Shown here: positions 39,101-51,100 of the stretch, one piece after another
Layout of the letters: each line of letters begins with the position of its first letter
Numbering within the stretch: the first letter of the stretch is position 1
Source: Eledone cirrhosa
Lineage: Eukaryota
Length of the DNA stretch: 64,000 bases
Direction of reading: 5' to 3'
Assembly: GCA_964016885.1 (NCBI GenBank)
Contig: OZ024741.1
Coordinates: 56,234,001 to 56,298,000 of the forward strand
The notes under the pieces: generated by a model
Told to the model about the DNA's origin: nothing
Database searches by the model: none
Seen by the model: the letters and a program-made list of their open reading frames with translations, nothing else
Position numbers and translations under genes: made by a program

Positions 39101-42100
39101 TGCGACTCTCAGTTCCTAAACCCCCCCCCCCCCCTCTCTATGCACTTCTTTAAGGCTTACTACCCTGTCTTTAACCTAATTCATTCAATCTGAAAATATT
39201 GAAGAGATAAGACACTTTCCCATTCTTCTCTGCTAAAATGTATCACTAGAGCTGATTCCAATTTTTCCAGCCATCCATCTAATCTACGAAGGTATTTTAG
39301 CCTACATATTGTCGTTAATATTATGATGTTCCCTGCTGTATTAGCGTTAAATTTTCCCTGCTGTATTAGCGATAAATTTTCGAGGGTTTCTCTTAGTAGT
39401 TTTTTCATGACATTATTATTGTTAATTTTACTGATGTAGTATTAACTTATTAACTTGGATATTTACCATGCGGTATTCTAATCCTATTGTATCTCTCTCA
39501 GTTATTTACCATGCGACTCTCAGTTATTTACCATGCGACCCTCAGTTCCTAACCCCCCCCCCCCCCCCCTCTCTATGCACTTCTTTAAGGCTTACTACCC
39601 TGTCTTTAACCTAATTCATTCAATCTGAAAATATTGAAGAGATAAGACACTTTCCCATTCTTCTCTGCTAAAATGTATCACTAGAGCTGATTCCAATTTT
39701 TCCAGCCATCCATCTAATCTACGAAGGTATTTTAGCCTACATATTGTCGTTAATATTATGATGTTCCCTGCTGTATTAGCGTTAAATTTTCCCTGCTGTA
39801 TTAGCGATAAATTTTCGAGGGTTTCTCTTAGTAGTTTTTTCATGACGTTATTATTGTTAATTTTGCTGATGTAGTATTAACTTGGATATTTACCATGCGA
39901 CCCTCAGTTCCTACCTCACAATTTCCCTCCCCCCACCCCCACACACCACCATAGTCTATTCGACCAATCAAACCTAGCATGCCATTTCCACTGCTGCTGC
40001 TACTACCTGCCTAACTAACTCTCTCCTCTGGCGCATCCCAACACACCCTGCCATTACCCCACCACCACTGTTCTTCTAGCCCTCAATTTTCCCACCGTTA
40101 TGGATGGATGAGCTGGGAATACACGAGCAACTCTGAATCAATAGATGAAATATGAATCTGCGAGCTACCAAGCACCCACGTGAAGCGCCAACCCAGAGAC
40201 CCTCCCCTACGAGTGTCGACAAATGCCCAAAACTCCGAGTTGGTACCATCAATGTAGGCTCAATGAAAGGAAGAGCAGGAGAAATCGTAGAAATGCTAGA
40301 GCGAAAGGAAGTTGATGTATGCTGTGTGCAAGAGACTAGATGGAGAGGAGGGTCTGCTAGAGTCCTTGTAGGAAAAAGCCAGTGCTACAAATTTTTCTGG
40401 GTGGGAAATGACGATGGGATGGGTGGTGTAGGTATACTATTAGCTGACAAGTGGGTAGATAAAGTAATCTCAGTGTACAGGGTAAATGCAAGAATCATTA
40501 AACTCAGACTAGTCCTGAATAAGACAATTACCACAATAATATCAGCTTACGCACCCCAATCGGGGCTGCCAGACGAACTTAAGGATAGGTTTTACGAGTC
40601 CCTAATACACACTACTGCTCTAACAGACGACAAGGACTTCCTAATCATTGCAGGAGATTTTAACGGACACGTAGGTAAACACTGCGACGGCTTCAATAGA
40701 GTACATGGAGGCCATGGAGTTGGCACAAGGAATGAGGAAGGATTCAGACTTCTAGAATTCTGCGACGCCAATGACATGTCGATATGTAACACAAACTTTA
40801 AAAAACCCGACAACCACCTGATCACCTATAGATCAGGGGAGCACTCTAGTCAGTTAGATTTTATCCTCATCAGAGGACGTGACAGATGGACGGTCGTAAA
40901 CACAAAAGCCTTCCCTAGTGAGGAATGTACATCCCAACATAGCTTAGTTGTCAGCGACCTCACGGTCAGAACTAGACGAGCCCTGAAACAGAGGCCAACC
41001 TGGAGAAGAAAGATCTGGAAGCTGAAAGTCCCCTCAACCAGTAACAGATTTAAAGATATTCTACTCAACGCCTACGACAGTAAAGAAGAACAGATAGAGA
41101 CATTTAACGTAGAAGAGAACTGGGAGTTCCTAAAAAATAACTTACTAGAGGCGACGGATGAGGTTTGTGGCTGGAGTAAGACCTCAAGCAGGAGGAGAGT
41201 GACTTGGTGGTGGAACAATAAGGTAGATGAAGCAGTCAAGGCCAAGAGACAGGCATGGAAAGAATGGAAGAACGGGGGGAGCAGGGTACATTACATAGAG
41301 ACCAAGAGGGAAGCTAGGCGACAAGTATACTTAGCTAGGAGGGAAGCAGAGGATAGAAAATTCAAGCATGTTTTACAACGTGAGGACCAGAAACAGGAGG
41401 TATTCAAGATTGCGAGGCAGTGTGTCAGAGATAGTTGTGATGTCATTGGAGAGAAGTGTATCCGGAATGATAAAGGTGAGCTTGCCCTCACAAGTGCTGA
41501 GAAGAAAGATGCATGGAAGAGTCATTATGATAGATTACTAAATGAGGAGAATGCATGGGAAGAAGAGACCCTACCCCACGTAGACCCTATAGAGGGACCA
41601 GCAGTACAAGTCAGCGGCAGCGTAGTAAGTAAGGCAATCAGAGATATGAAGATAGGGAAGGCAACCGGTCCATCGGGTATAGCTGCCGAGATGCTGAAGG
41701 CATCTGGGTCTGTAGGTCACACTATAACCACACGTATCGTTAACCAGGTAATACTAGAGGGGGCCATACCAAAAGATTGGTGCAGTAGCATCATTGTCAA
41801 CTGCTACAAAGGTAAAGGCGATGCACTAGATAGAGGAAACTATAGAGGTATAAAGTTGATGGACCAGGTCATGAAAGTAACAGAAAGAGTTATAGCACAG
41901 CTGATTAGGGACCGGGTGAATATAGACGAGATGCAATTTGGGTTTGTACCAGGGAAAGGCACCACTGATGCCCTCTTCCTTGTGAGGCAATTACAGGAAA
42001 AGTACCTAGCTAAAAGTAAGCCACTCTACTTGGCATTTGTCGACCTTGAGAAAGCCTTTGACAGAGTTCCACGTGCAGTAATCTGGTGGGCTCTTAGAAA

Positions 42101-45100
42101 ACTAGGAGTAGATGAATGGCTTGTGAAAGCGGTACAAGCCATGTATAGGGGAGCAGTCAGCAAAGTTAGGATTGGCAATGAGTATAGCGAGGAATTTAGC
42201 GTACAGGTTGGGGTCCACCAGGGCTCTGTTCTTAGCCCTCTCCTGTTCATCATAGTCCTGCAGGCAATAACGGAGGAGTTTAAGACCGGATGCCCATGGG
42301 AACTCCTGTATGCTGATGACCTCGCACTCATAGCTGAATCTATGGTAGAACTAGAGAATAAATTCCAAACCTGGAAGCAGGGACTAGAGAGAAAGGGCCT
42401 CAAAGTCAACATGACAAAGACTAAGGTCCTTATAAGTAGACGAGAAAACAGAACCCAGATCCCCTCAGGGAAATGGCCTTGCTCAGTATGTAGGAAAGGT
42501 GTAGGTAGGAACTCCATTCTCTGCCCCAAATGTAAACAATGGGTACACAAGAGATGTAGCGGGATCTCAGGAAGCTTAATTAAGAATGTAGGATTCACAT
42601 GCAGCAGCTGTGCTGAAACAGCAAGCAAACAGCCACAGGAAACAAGTACCACCAATCTCTGGGAGGGCCCTGTAGAAACAGTAGACAGCTTCTGCTACCT
42701 AGGTGACCGAATTAGCAACGGAGGTGGGTGCTCAGAAAGTACAATAACTAGGGTAAGAACGGGATGGAAGAAGTTTAGGGAACTACTACCACTGCTAGCT
42801 GCAAAAGGCTTCTCCCTCAGAATGAAAGGCAGACTGTATGATGCGTGTATCCGAACAGCGATGTTGCATGGTAGTGAGACCTGGGCGCTGAAGGTGGAAG
42901 ACTTACGTAGATTAGAGAGAAACGAAGCCTGCATGCTCCGATGGATGTGTAACAGTAATATACGTGAACGACAAAGCATAAAGGAATTGAGAGAGAGACT
43001 GAGCATAAGAGGAATCAAATGCTGCGTGCAGGAGAGGCGGTTACGCTGGTATGGACATGTGATGCGTATGAAGGATGACAGCTGCATAAAAAGGTGCAGA
43101 GCACTAGCAGTTGATGGAAACCGCGGAGTGGGGAGACCCAAGATGACTTGGGATGAGGTGATAAAAGCCGACCTTACCCAACCACACCTATCAAAGTCAA
43201 TGACACACGACCGTGACTTCTGGCGTCACGCAGTAATACAGGGTACCTGACCTCCCATGGGTACATGCTGAAGCATATAAACAATATGCTTTTAATCTTA
43301 CCTGAGACAAGACTTGACCATTGTTTCGTTGTTGACCAGTTTTTTGGTTTGAGATGGCCACCTCCATAAATTTCTTCAGATGAGTCTAAAAAAGAAAACA
43401 ACATGAAGAGTTTACTAGAAAATGTCTTGGCAATGATATGTTTGGTTCACACATACATAGTTTATTCAACAAATTTTAATTGGATTAAATTTTCAACAAA
43501 AAAAGAGAAAAAATTCAATAGCAAAATTAAGGGAAATGGTTGAGGGAACGGCAGACAATACTCGTTTAGGTGGGATATATCAGCTTAACCCATTCCATTC
43601 TCACCCACACTTTTCCTGCAAAATGTTCTATAATGTAATGAAAGATATAGTGAGCCAATGTTCATGTCTAGTCTATGATACAATGGAAGATATAATGAAC
43701 CATTTCTGGTCTATGATGTGATAGAAAACAGTGAATCATGATGCAATGCTCTATAATATATGATAGAGGATATGGATGTAAGAGTCAACTTACCAATAAC
43801 TGCTCTAAAAGCTTCTCTTTAAAGGTATGTGGGAACAGCTGAGTGAGGCTAGTGAGACGCTGTATCACATTCAAGTTAAGGTTGCGGTAGTCACCGAGCA
43901 AGCCGAGGAGGGGTCGCATGTCGCCGTGAACCATTTCCATGTCAATGTGGAAGCCAGAGATAAACTAGGAGAAAGAGGAGAACCTAGATTATAGCAGGCT
44001 TAATACAGACATATAAATACAACACAGGTACAAAACAGACAGGCATAATACACATATACACCAGACAAACAGTGTAATCAGATACACATACACAATTATA
44101 TACATACCTTTTTCATACACTCATGAGCTGCTTGTTGTAGCTCTGTATTACTGCTGTCTAATGCTTTGTAAAGTAAGTGGAAGATCTTTTCCCGACTTGG
44201 TTGGATATAGTGGCATGCAGCTAAGGCTCCTGTAAACAAACACACAAGAAGAGTTGAGATGAAAAGAGATTGAGAGAGAAAGAGTGAAGTTGAAAGAGAG
44301 AATTTTAAGGAACTGAATATATTACAGGTTGGACTGAGTGCTTTTTGTTGTGGCACCAGCACTACCACTGTATATACATATATATCAGGCTATAAATTCC
44401 AGCTTACAGCATGGCGTTACTCATAGTTTCATGCACCACCCTTGGAATGTCCAAAGACAGACATCCTATATACAGGGTGTGGACGATATTTGTTCGCAAG
44501 ATTACTGTCTAGGAAAAGATAACACAGTAGTTTTATTTTTTAAGATATATTTATCAAACTTGGGTCAGTTTGTCTTCATGACTTGTTCTTTCGATCTCAC
44601 TCAAACCCGCCATTGGCTTTGATGACGGCCTCGGAACCGGCTACAGGCCTTCGTCACTGTCCTCCGACTTAGGCCCCTAAAAGCACTTGTGATCCTGGCC
44701 TTCAGATCGTCTTTCGTATTGCAGCTAGATCTGTTGGTGTCTCGTTCCACTGCGCCCCACACAAAGAAATCAGGCGAGCTGGGAGGCCAGATGTCAGGTG
44801 AAGTGTGGTCGACGAAGTTCTTTGACAGCCAGGCTTGGGCCTTTTGGCTGGTATGGCAGGGCGCTGAGGCTTGCTGCCACACGTACGGCCTACCTGCAGC
44901 TACCTGGTCGATCCAGAGCTTTACTACCTCACTCAGAACGCGGATGTAGCCATCGGCGTTCAGCTTGAGGCCCTCAGGGAAGAAGTGAGGTGGTATGACG
45001 TCACCTTGACTGCTGACGACACCTAAGACCAATGTTGTTGCTGGAAACTTTGTCTCATGACTCTGGGCACGTCTTTGGATGAGACAGCAAGTCACCTGTT

Positions 45101-48100
45101 GTTCTACAGAAGTCTGAAATTTCCTTATTTGTCCTCCCGGCACGGATTCCAAGAAGAACTCCATGTCTCTTCTACAAATTTGGAGGTTCAAAATTATTCA
45201 TAATCAATTATTCTGAAAATATAGTCACTCTTTTTATGAAGACAAGAGTGACAACGGAAGTAAAAAAAATTTGCATAAAATTAGCAGTTGAAAATTGCGC
45301 ACAAATATCGTCCGCACCCTGTGTGTGTATATATATAATAATGAAATTATTGTGTACAGTGCTCAGGTGCACTACAACTCATCAAAGGTGCATGTATAGT
45401 ACATAGAATAATGTACAAATGTCAGGAAAATGAACAGTGTATGAGTCATGATATAATAATAATAATAATGAAATATCGTGTACAGTGCCCAGGTGCACCA
45501 CAACTCATCAAAAAGTGCATGTTCAGTACATAGGGCAATGCACAAACATCAGTAAAATGAACAGTGCACGAGTCATGATACACATGTGTGCATGTGTATG
45601 GAAGGCGTACATCAGGTGTAGTTTTGGCGTATTTCGGGAAGCATGAGTGTCTTAAAGGATGCAGTGTCTCGGCAGCTAACAACTGACGCAGGCAGTTTGA
45701 TCCATGCTTCAGCAACTCTGAGCGTGAAAAAATGTCTACGAAAGTCATGGGAGCTGTGCTGTTTTCTGATTTTGTAGGCATGTCCACGTGTGTTAGACAC
45801 ATGGAGATCAAAAAGGTGCTCAGGGTTGCAATTGGCGAGATGGTTAACAACTTCGTGGGTATTCACCAAGTCCATTGCCAGACGTCGGAGCTTCAATGAA
45901 TCCATGCCCAGGGAAGCAAGGCGTTCAGAGTATGGTAGGAGTCTGATGGAGGGTATGCGCTTGGTTGCACGTCTCTGAACAGTTTCCAGGAGGTCAATGT
46001 TCTGAGCAAGATAGGGGTTTCAGACTGATGATGCAAATTCCAAGTGTGGTCGTACCATAGCTGTATACAGTTTTAAATAGATGGCTGGAGAGCGGCTAAC
46101 AAAGGTCTTGCTGAGTGATGCCAAGACACCCTCGGCCTTCTTGACAATCTTAGAGACATGCTTTGTCCAACGCAAATCGCTGCTGACAGTAATGCCCAGG
46201 TCACGTTCACAAGAGGACTTCTTGATATCAGTGTTGTGGAGGGAGTATGTGGACGCTGGATTTTTCCTTCCAAAATGCATGGTGGTACACTTGTCCACAG
46301 CCAGCTTCAGTTGCCAGTCTGTGATCCATTGCTGCATTGTGTCCAGGTCTGATTGTAGGAAAGAGTTGTAAATTTCAGGATCAGTCCTTTTGATTTCAAG
46401 GTACAGCTTGATGTCATCGGCATATTTCAGTACCGTGGCCTTCTGTAAGTTGGCATCTATGTCATTAATATATGCCACAAACAAAAGGGGACCAAGAACA
46501 GATCCCTGTGGTACACCAGATGATATCTCATATGGTGAAGAATGCTGTCCTAGAACCGTGACTACTTCTTTTCGGCTGAGAATGAAGGATTTCAACCAGT
46601 CGAAAAGATCATCCCTCACACCCATTGCAGAGAGTTTTGCCATAAGTCTTTTGTGTGGCACAGAATTAAAAGCCTGAGCAAAGTCAAGGTAAACAACATC
46701 CACCCATGAGCCGCTGTCAGTGATCCGGGTGATGTCTTCAAGGAACTCGATAAGCTGATCACAGCAGCTGGAGTTACGGATAAATCCAAACTGTGAGGGC
46801 CGGATGAGGCTGTGAGAGTTCCAGAAGTTCCAAAGTGTTTCTCTGACACAGGATTCCATCAGTTTGGCCATACAGCTAGTAAGACTGACTGGACGATAGT
46901 TGACAGGTGACATGCGGTTGCCCTTTTTGAACAGGGGAATGACACTGGCAGTTTTCCACTGCTCCGGAGTAGCACCATTGTTGAGACAGTATTGAAAGAA
47001 GAAAGAAAGCTGGCGCAAAAGGAAATACCCGCCACGTTTGAGAAGCAGGTATGTCACACCATCAAGACCAGGGGAGGCATAGTTGCGCTTATTCTTAAGG
47101 TGACGTCGCAACATTGCAGGTGTAAATTCCATAGTTGTTATGGAATTTGATGTTAGAGATGGTGGAGATGGTACATGGTATATATATATATATATATAAC
47201 ATATGTTTACTCGCCATAACATATGAGGGTCAGCTGAAAAGTTCATAGGCTGACTAATGTTGGAGGAATGCTAGAGCTATGAAATCTTGTATGCATTATT
47301 TTAACTCTTCTTATTAATAACTGCATTGTTTCTTTCCTGGTAAACTGACATGTTACTGTTCAAAGAAAATTTCAAAAGTAACTGGTAGCAATTTCTCTTG
47401 AAAATGGAAGAAATTAGGCATTGTGGTGTTATCAAGCACCTGCAGATAAAGGGTTTAGGCCCCCATGAACATTCATGCTACATGGTTGCTATATTAGATG
47501 ATGATGATCCAGCTTTATCAACGATGCAAAAGGGCAGTGGATTGCCAGTATCAATAGAGCGTCAGATACCATGCTTTGTAGCACAGAGTTATGGTCTTTT
47601 ATGTTCTCAGTTCAAATCCCGCCGAGGTTAGCTTTGTGTTTCATCCTTACTGGGTCGATAAAATAAAGTACTAGTAATGCACTGGGGTCGATTTAATCGA
47701 CTTACCCCCTCCCCCAAAACTGCTGGCCTTGTACCTAAATCAGAAAACATTATTATTCTACAATTTCAAGTGTTAACCCTTTAGCATTCTCATTAATTTG
47801 TCAAATGTCATGTTTATTTATTTACATTATTTTCAGTTAATCATACTCAAGAGGGTTATCAATTTTATTTGTTTGTAATTTCTTAATTTTCTATGTGCAG
47901 GATTGAAATTTTGTCAGTAGATGTTTAAATATCAATAATTTACAATTATATATTTTTTACTAGATTTTTTTTGTTAAATGACATTTATGGGCAGGTGAAA
48001 TTAATTAATAGGGGCATTTCAAGTATCAACCAGGTGTAAATACTGGTTTAATTTTAAATACCTTGTTTTCGGCATAATACTTGATATATAAGGATCACTT

Positions 48101-51100
48101 AACCTTATATCAGTGCTCCAGTAATTCCAGTCTTGGAAATTGTTTTATACCGAACATAACATTTACGGTAAAAAATGCTTGCATTTCCGCAGCATCTGTC
48201 AGTCACCATAACAGGTTTTCCTCGATGTGAAATCTGTTGTTGGGTATATCAATTAATCTCTTCTGCCACAACTTCGAAGAAAGTTTGTGGCAAAAACAAA
48301 AAGTTCTTTAGCATCGGGAGGTAATGTGTGTTGTGGACCAGTATTTTCAATAAAATCGGGAACATGTATAGGTTTGGTATTTTTCTACCACGTTGTTGTA
48401 ATATCTTCAATGGCGTCCTGGAGATCTCCTTCGTTCTCACTTTCAAAACAACAATCATCATCGTCGGATGAAATTTCGAAAATGAAAACATCTGATTCAT
48501 CTGAGGATAAATCACTAATATTATTGTTTGTTTCTTGTTCATTCTGAATGTCATCGTGTGTAAAACCTTCAAAGTCGGTATCGCTAATTTCATAAGCCAT
48601 GTTGATACACACAGAAAATCTGTTCTACTTTCAACGTTAAAAAAACATGTGCTGTTTCAAGTTGTTTCACTATGTTAAGTGTTAATTTTTGCGGTAAGGG
48701 CCTAATCTTGCAGTAATCTCGAATTGACGAGATTTTGATGACAGTTTATTTTTAGAACGATATTTTAGTGTGGGTGTTATTGGCCGTGTTCGGCCGGATT
48801 GAACAAATGAAGGGGAAATAATTGCGGCCGATTTGAGGCAGTTTGAACACTAATGGGTTAAACTAATATATTCCTTCTACATATACTGTACCAATTGTGT
48901 TGGTATTTGTTTACCTCTTAGAGAGAGAGAGAGAGAGATTTATCATAATGTAACATATGTATAACCATACTATAAAATAATGTTGGAATTATAAGCTCAA
49001 ACATGTTTAAAAAAAGCATATGAATCTGTTAAAAAGACTAAATGTTCTCCCATATAACATTACTTACGCAAAGTACTCTTGCGGAGTGGAACTAAATTGG
49101 AGATATTCTTGTAACAGGCCATCTTCATCAGAGCAGCATCTTCAGCACTTGAAAGATTCAGTAGCTGAAGGTAATAAAGAATTTAGAATGAATGAGGAAC
49201 ACAAGAGAGAAAGAAAGAGAAAATGGAAATGTTGAAGATTTGAGAGGAGGTGAATGGTTGAAGGATAATGGCAGCAACATTAAATTACAGCATACCTCAG
49301 CAAAGAAGACCTTGTGTTCCATTTTCAAGAGATCTATGGTAAAAAGTCTCGGCTGTAGAGTTGTACAGAACGTGCTCCCTTCCTATAAAATAAAATGAAA
49401 AACACAAAATTTGAATTCCAAGACAACAGCTAGAATTGAGAGAGATAAAGAATGAGAGGGGGAGAGAGAGAGAGAAAAAGAGAGATGTGTTAAACTGACC
49501 ATCAATCCAATCTGGACATGGGCTGGCTGATGGTGCAGAAGATGCTTCTTGGGGGGGATCATATCCTGCATAACCTCTTTGTGCGGTTCCATTATGTCGG
49601 TAACTGTTTTGCCGGTTGCCTCCGCCAATACTTCTAAAGCATTCATTGCCTGTCAATAATAAAATAAAGGTTCCACATATAGTTAAGTATCAATAACACA
49701 CATTATCATCATCATTGTTTTATATCAGCTTTTCAAGCACAGCATCACTCAACTCATCATGGTCCTTTGATGGGTCTGTGAGCTTTAGCAATGTGAGATA
49801 AACTCTCACAACTTCAACCCAAGTTTTTCCTCTGCTGAAGCTTCTTTCCACTGACATTTCCTCATCCAGCAATCCTTATCCATAAGCATCCCAAGTCCAC
49901 ACCAGCGTAGTGTAGTCTCCTGCACACTACACCTGATTCTTCTTATAAAATAGTCTAAGTATCAAACTTCATCTTTAGAGATTACATGACAATATTTACA
50001 TCTGCCAACCAGTGCATAAACAACATTATTTTTTATGTCTATTTTCCATGCTGGTATGGGATGGATATTCTGAGTTAATTTAGTAAATGGAAACAGTATG
50101 AAGCCCATCATGTGTCTGTGTGTCTAATTCTACCTCTTATCTTCCACAACTATCGGTGGTGATATTTGTCCATGTACTTCATAAACAAAGGTCTTAGGGC
50201 TCAGTGGTTAGACAAGTGAAAACCTTACTTATGAAATAAGTGAAGTTTGGCTGTTGAATTTTGCCTAAAAAAAATAAATACCTCATCTAACCAATGCCTG
50301 CATGGTAAACCCGAATTAAAAGCATTGATTGTGGTGGTGATGGTAGTGTGTATCCCAAGTTTTAGAATAGGTACACTCTACCCCTGCATATTGTAAAGAG
50401 GCAGATAAAAGAGTCAGTATCAAGGAAGTCACAGTCTAACTGCAGTAGCTCTATTATCAAGGTATGTGAAGACAGCTCTGACACTTACCTGCTCTCTTAT
50501 CAAGGTATTTGAAGAGGTCACCTGCCGTACAAGCTCCAAGGTGACATCGTGAAAAGACTGTTTCTGAACTGCAATGAGATCATTTGTTGCATCTGGAATC
50601 TCTTTAGCACAAAGAATCAACATATTCTTCATGTTATTTTTGGCCAAGTCAATTGCCCCACTCGATACCTACAAAATAACAGAACACGAAGAAAACAAAT
50701 TTAACACTTCAGATACCAAAGCACTTAAAACCATCTCTGGGTCTACGGTACAAAACTGATTTAGGACATAAAGCTGTTTATATTTATCTGAAAGCCTAGG
50801 TTCATCTTAGTCATCATCATGATTTTAATTTCCTAGCCATGAAAACATAGAAAAGTGGACATAAAAAGAATGATGATCAACCTTTGTTAAGCTATACTCC
50901 AAACACCAACTTAATAATTAGAAAGTTAGTTATATTACTAAATCTTTACAAATCCTTGATTATAAGCAGTGTCTTTCATTAGAAATATGGTAACAAAAGG
51001 GTTAAATTTTGTTTTGTAGAGGTTGTTGCTGTTGTTTAGCCCAAGAGCAGCTCTAACTGAGCAGACTTATTTTCAAAGGCATTCCCCTCCCATTATTTTT

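Larger units (their letters stand above)
38239..43289 (+). mobile_element. RTE LINE family A, copy 3 (intact ORF, 3' UTR truncated), antisense in TRRAP intron w18
   Basis: Monomer array, unique 5' UTR and a single ORF; homology to the family 3' UTR stops at 43289. Confidence 0.93.

Noticed and set aside
38360-39843. Four identical antisense 75-aa ORFs in the monomers (L1 ORF0 analogy)
   Set aside because: Identity follows from the DNA repeat. The homologous stretch in copy 2 (about 34480-34596) has indels and a stop, so there is no sign of coding constraint.
38239-40151. HDV-like or hammerhead ribozyme at the RTE 5' end
   Set aside because: I could not find the required core motifs by eye; a descriptor search is needed.
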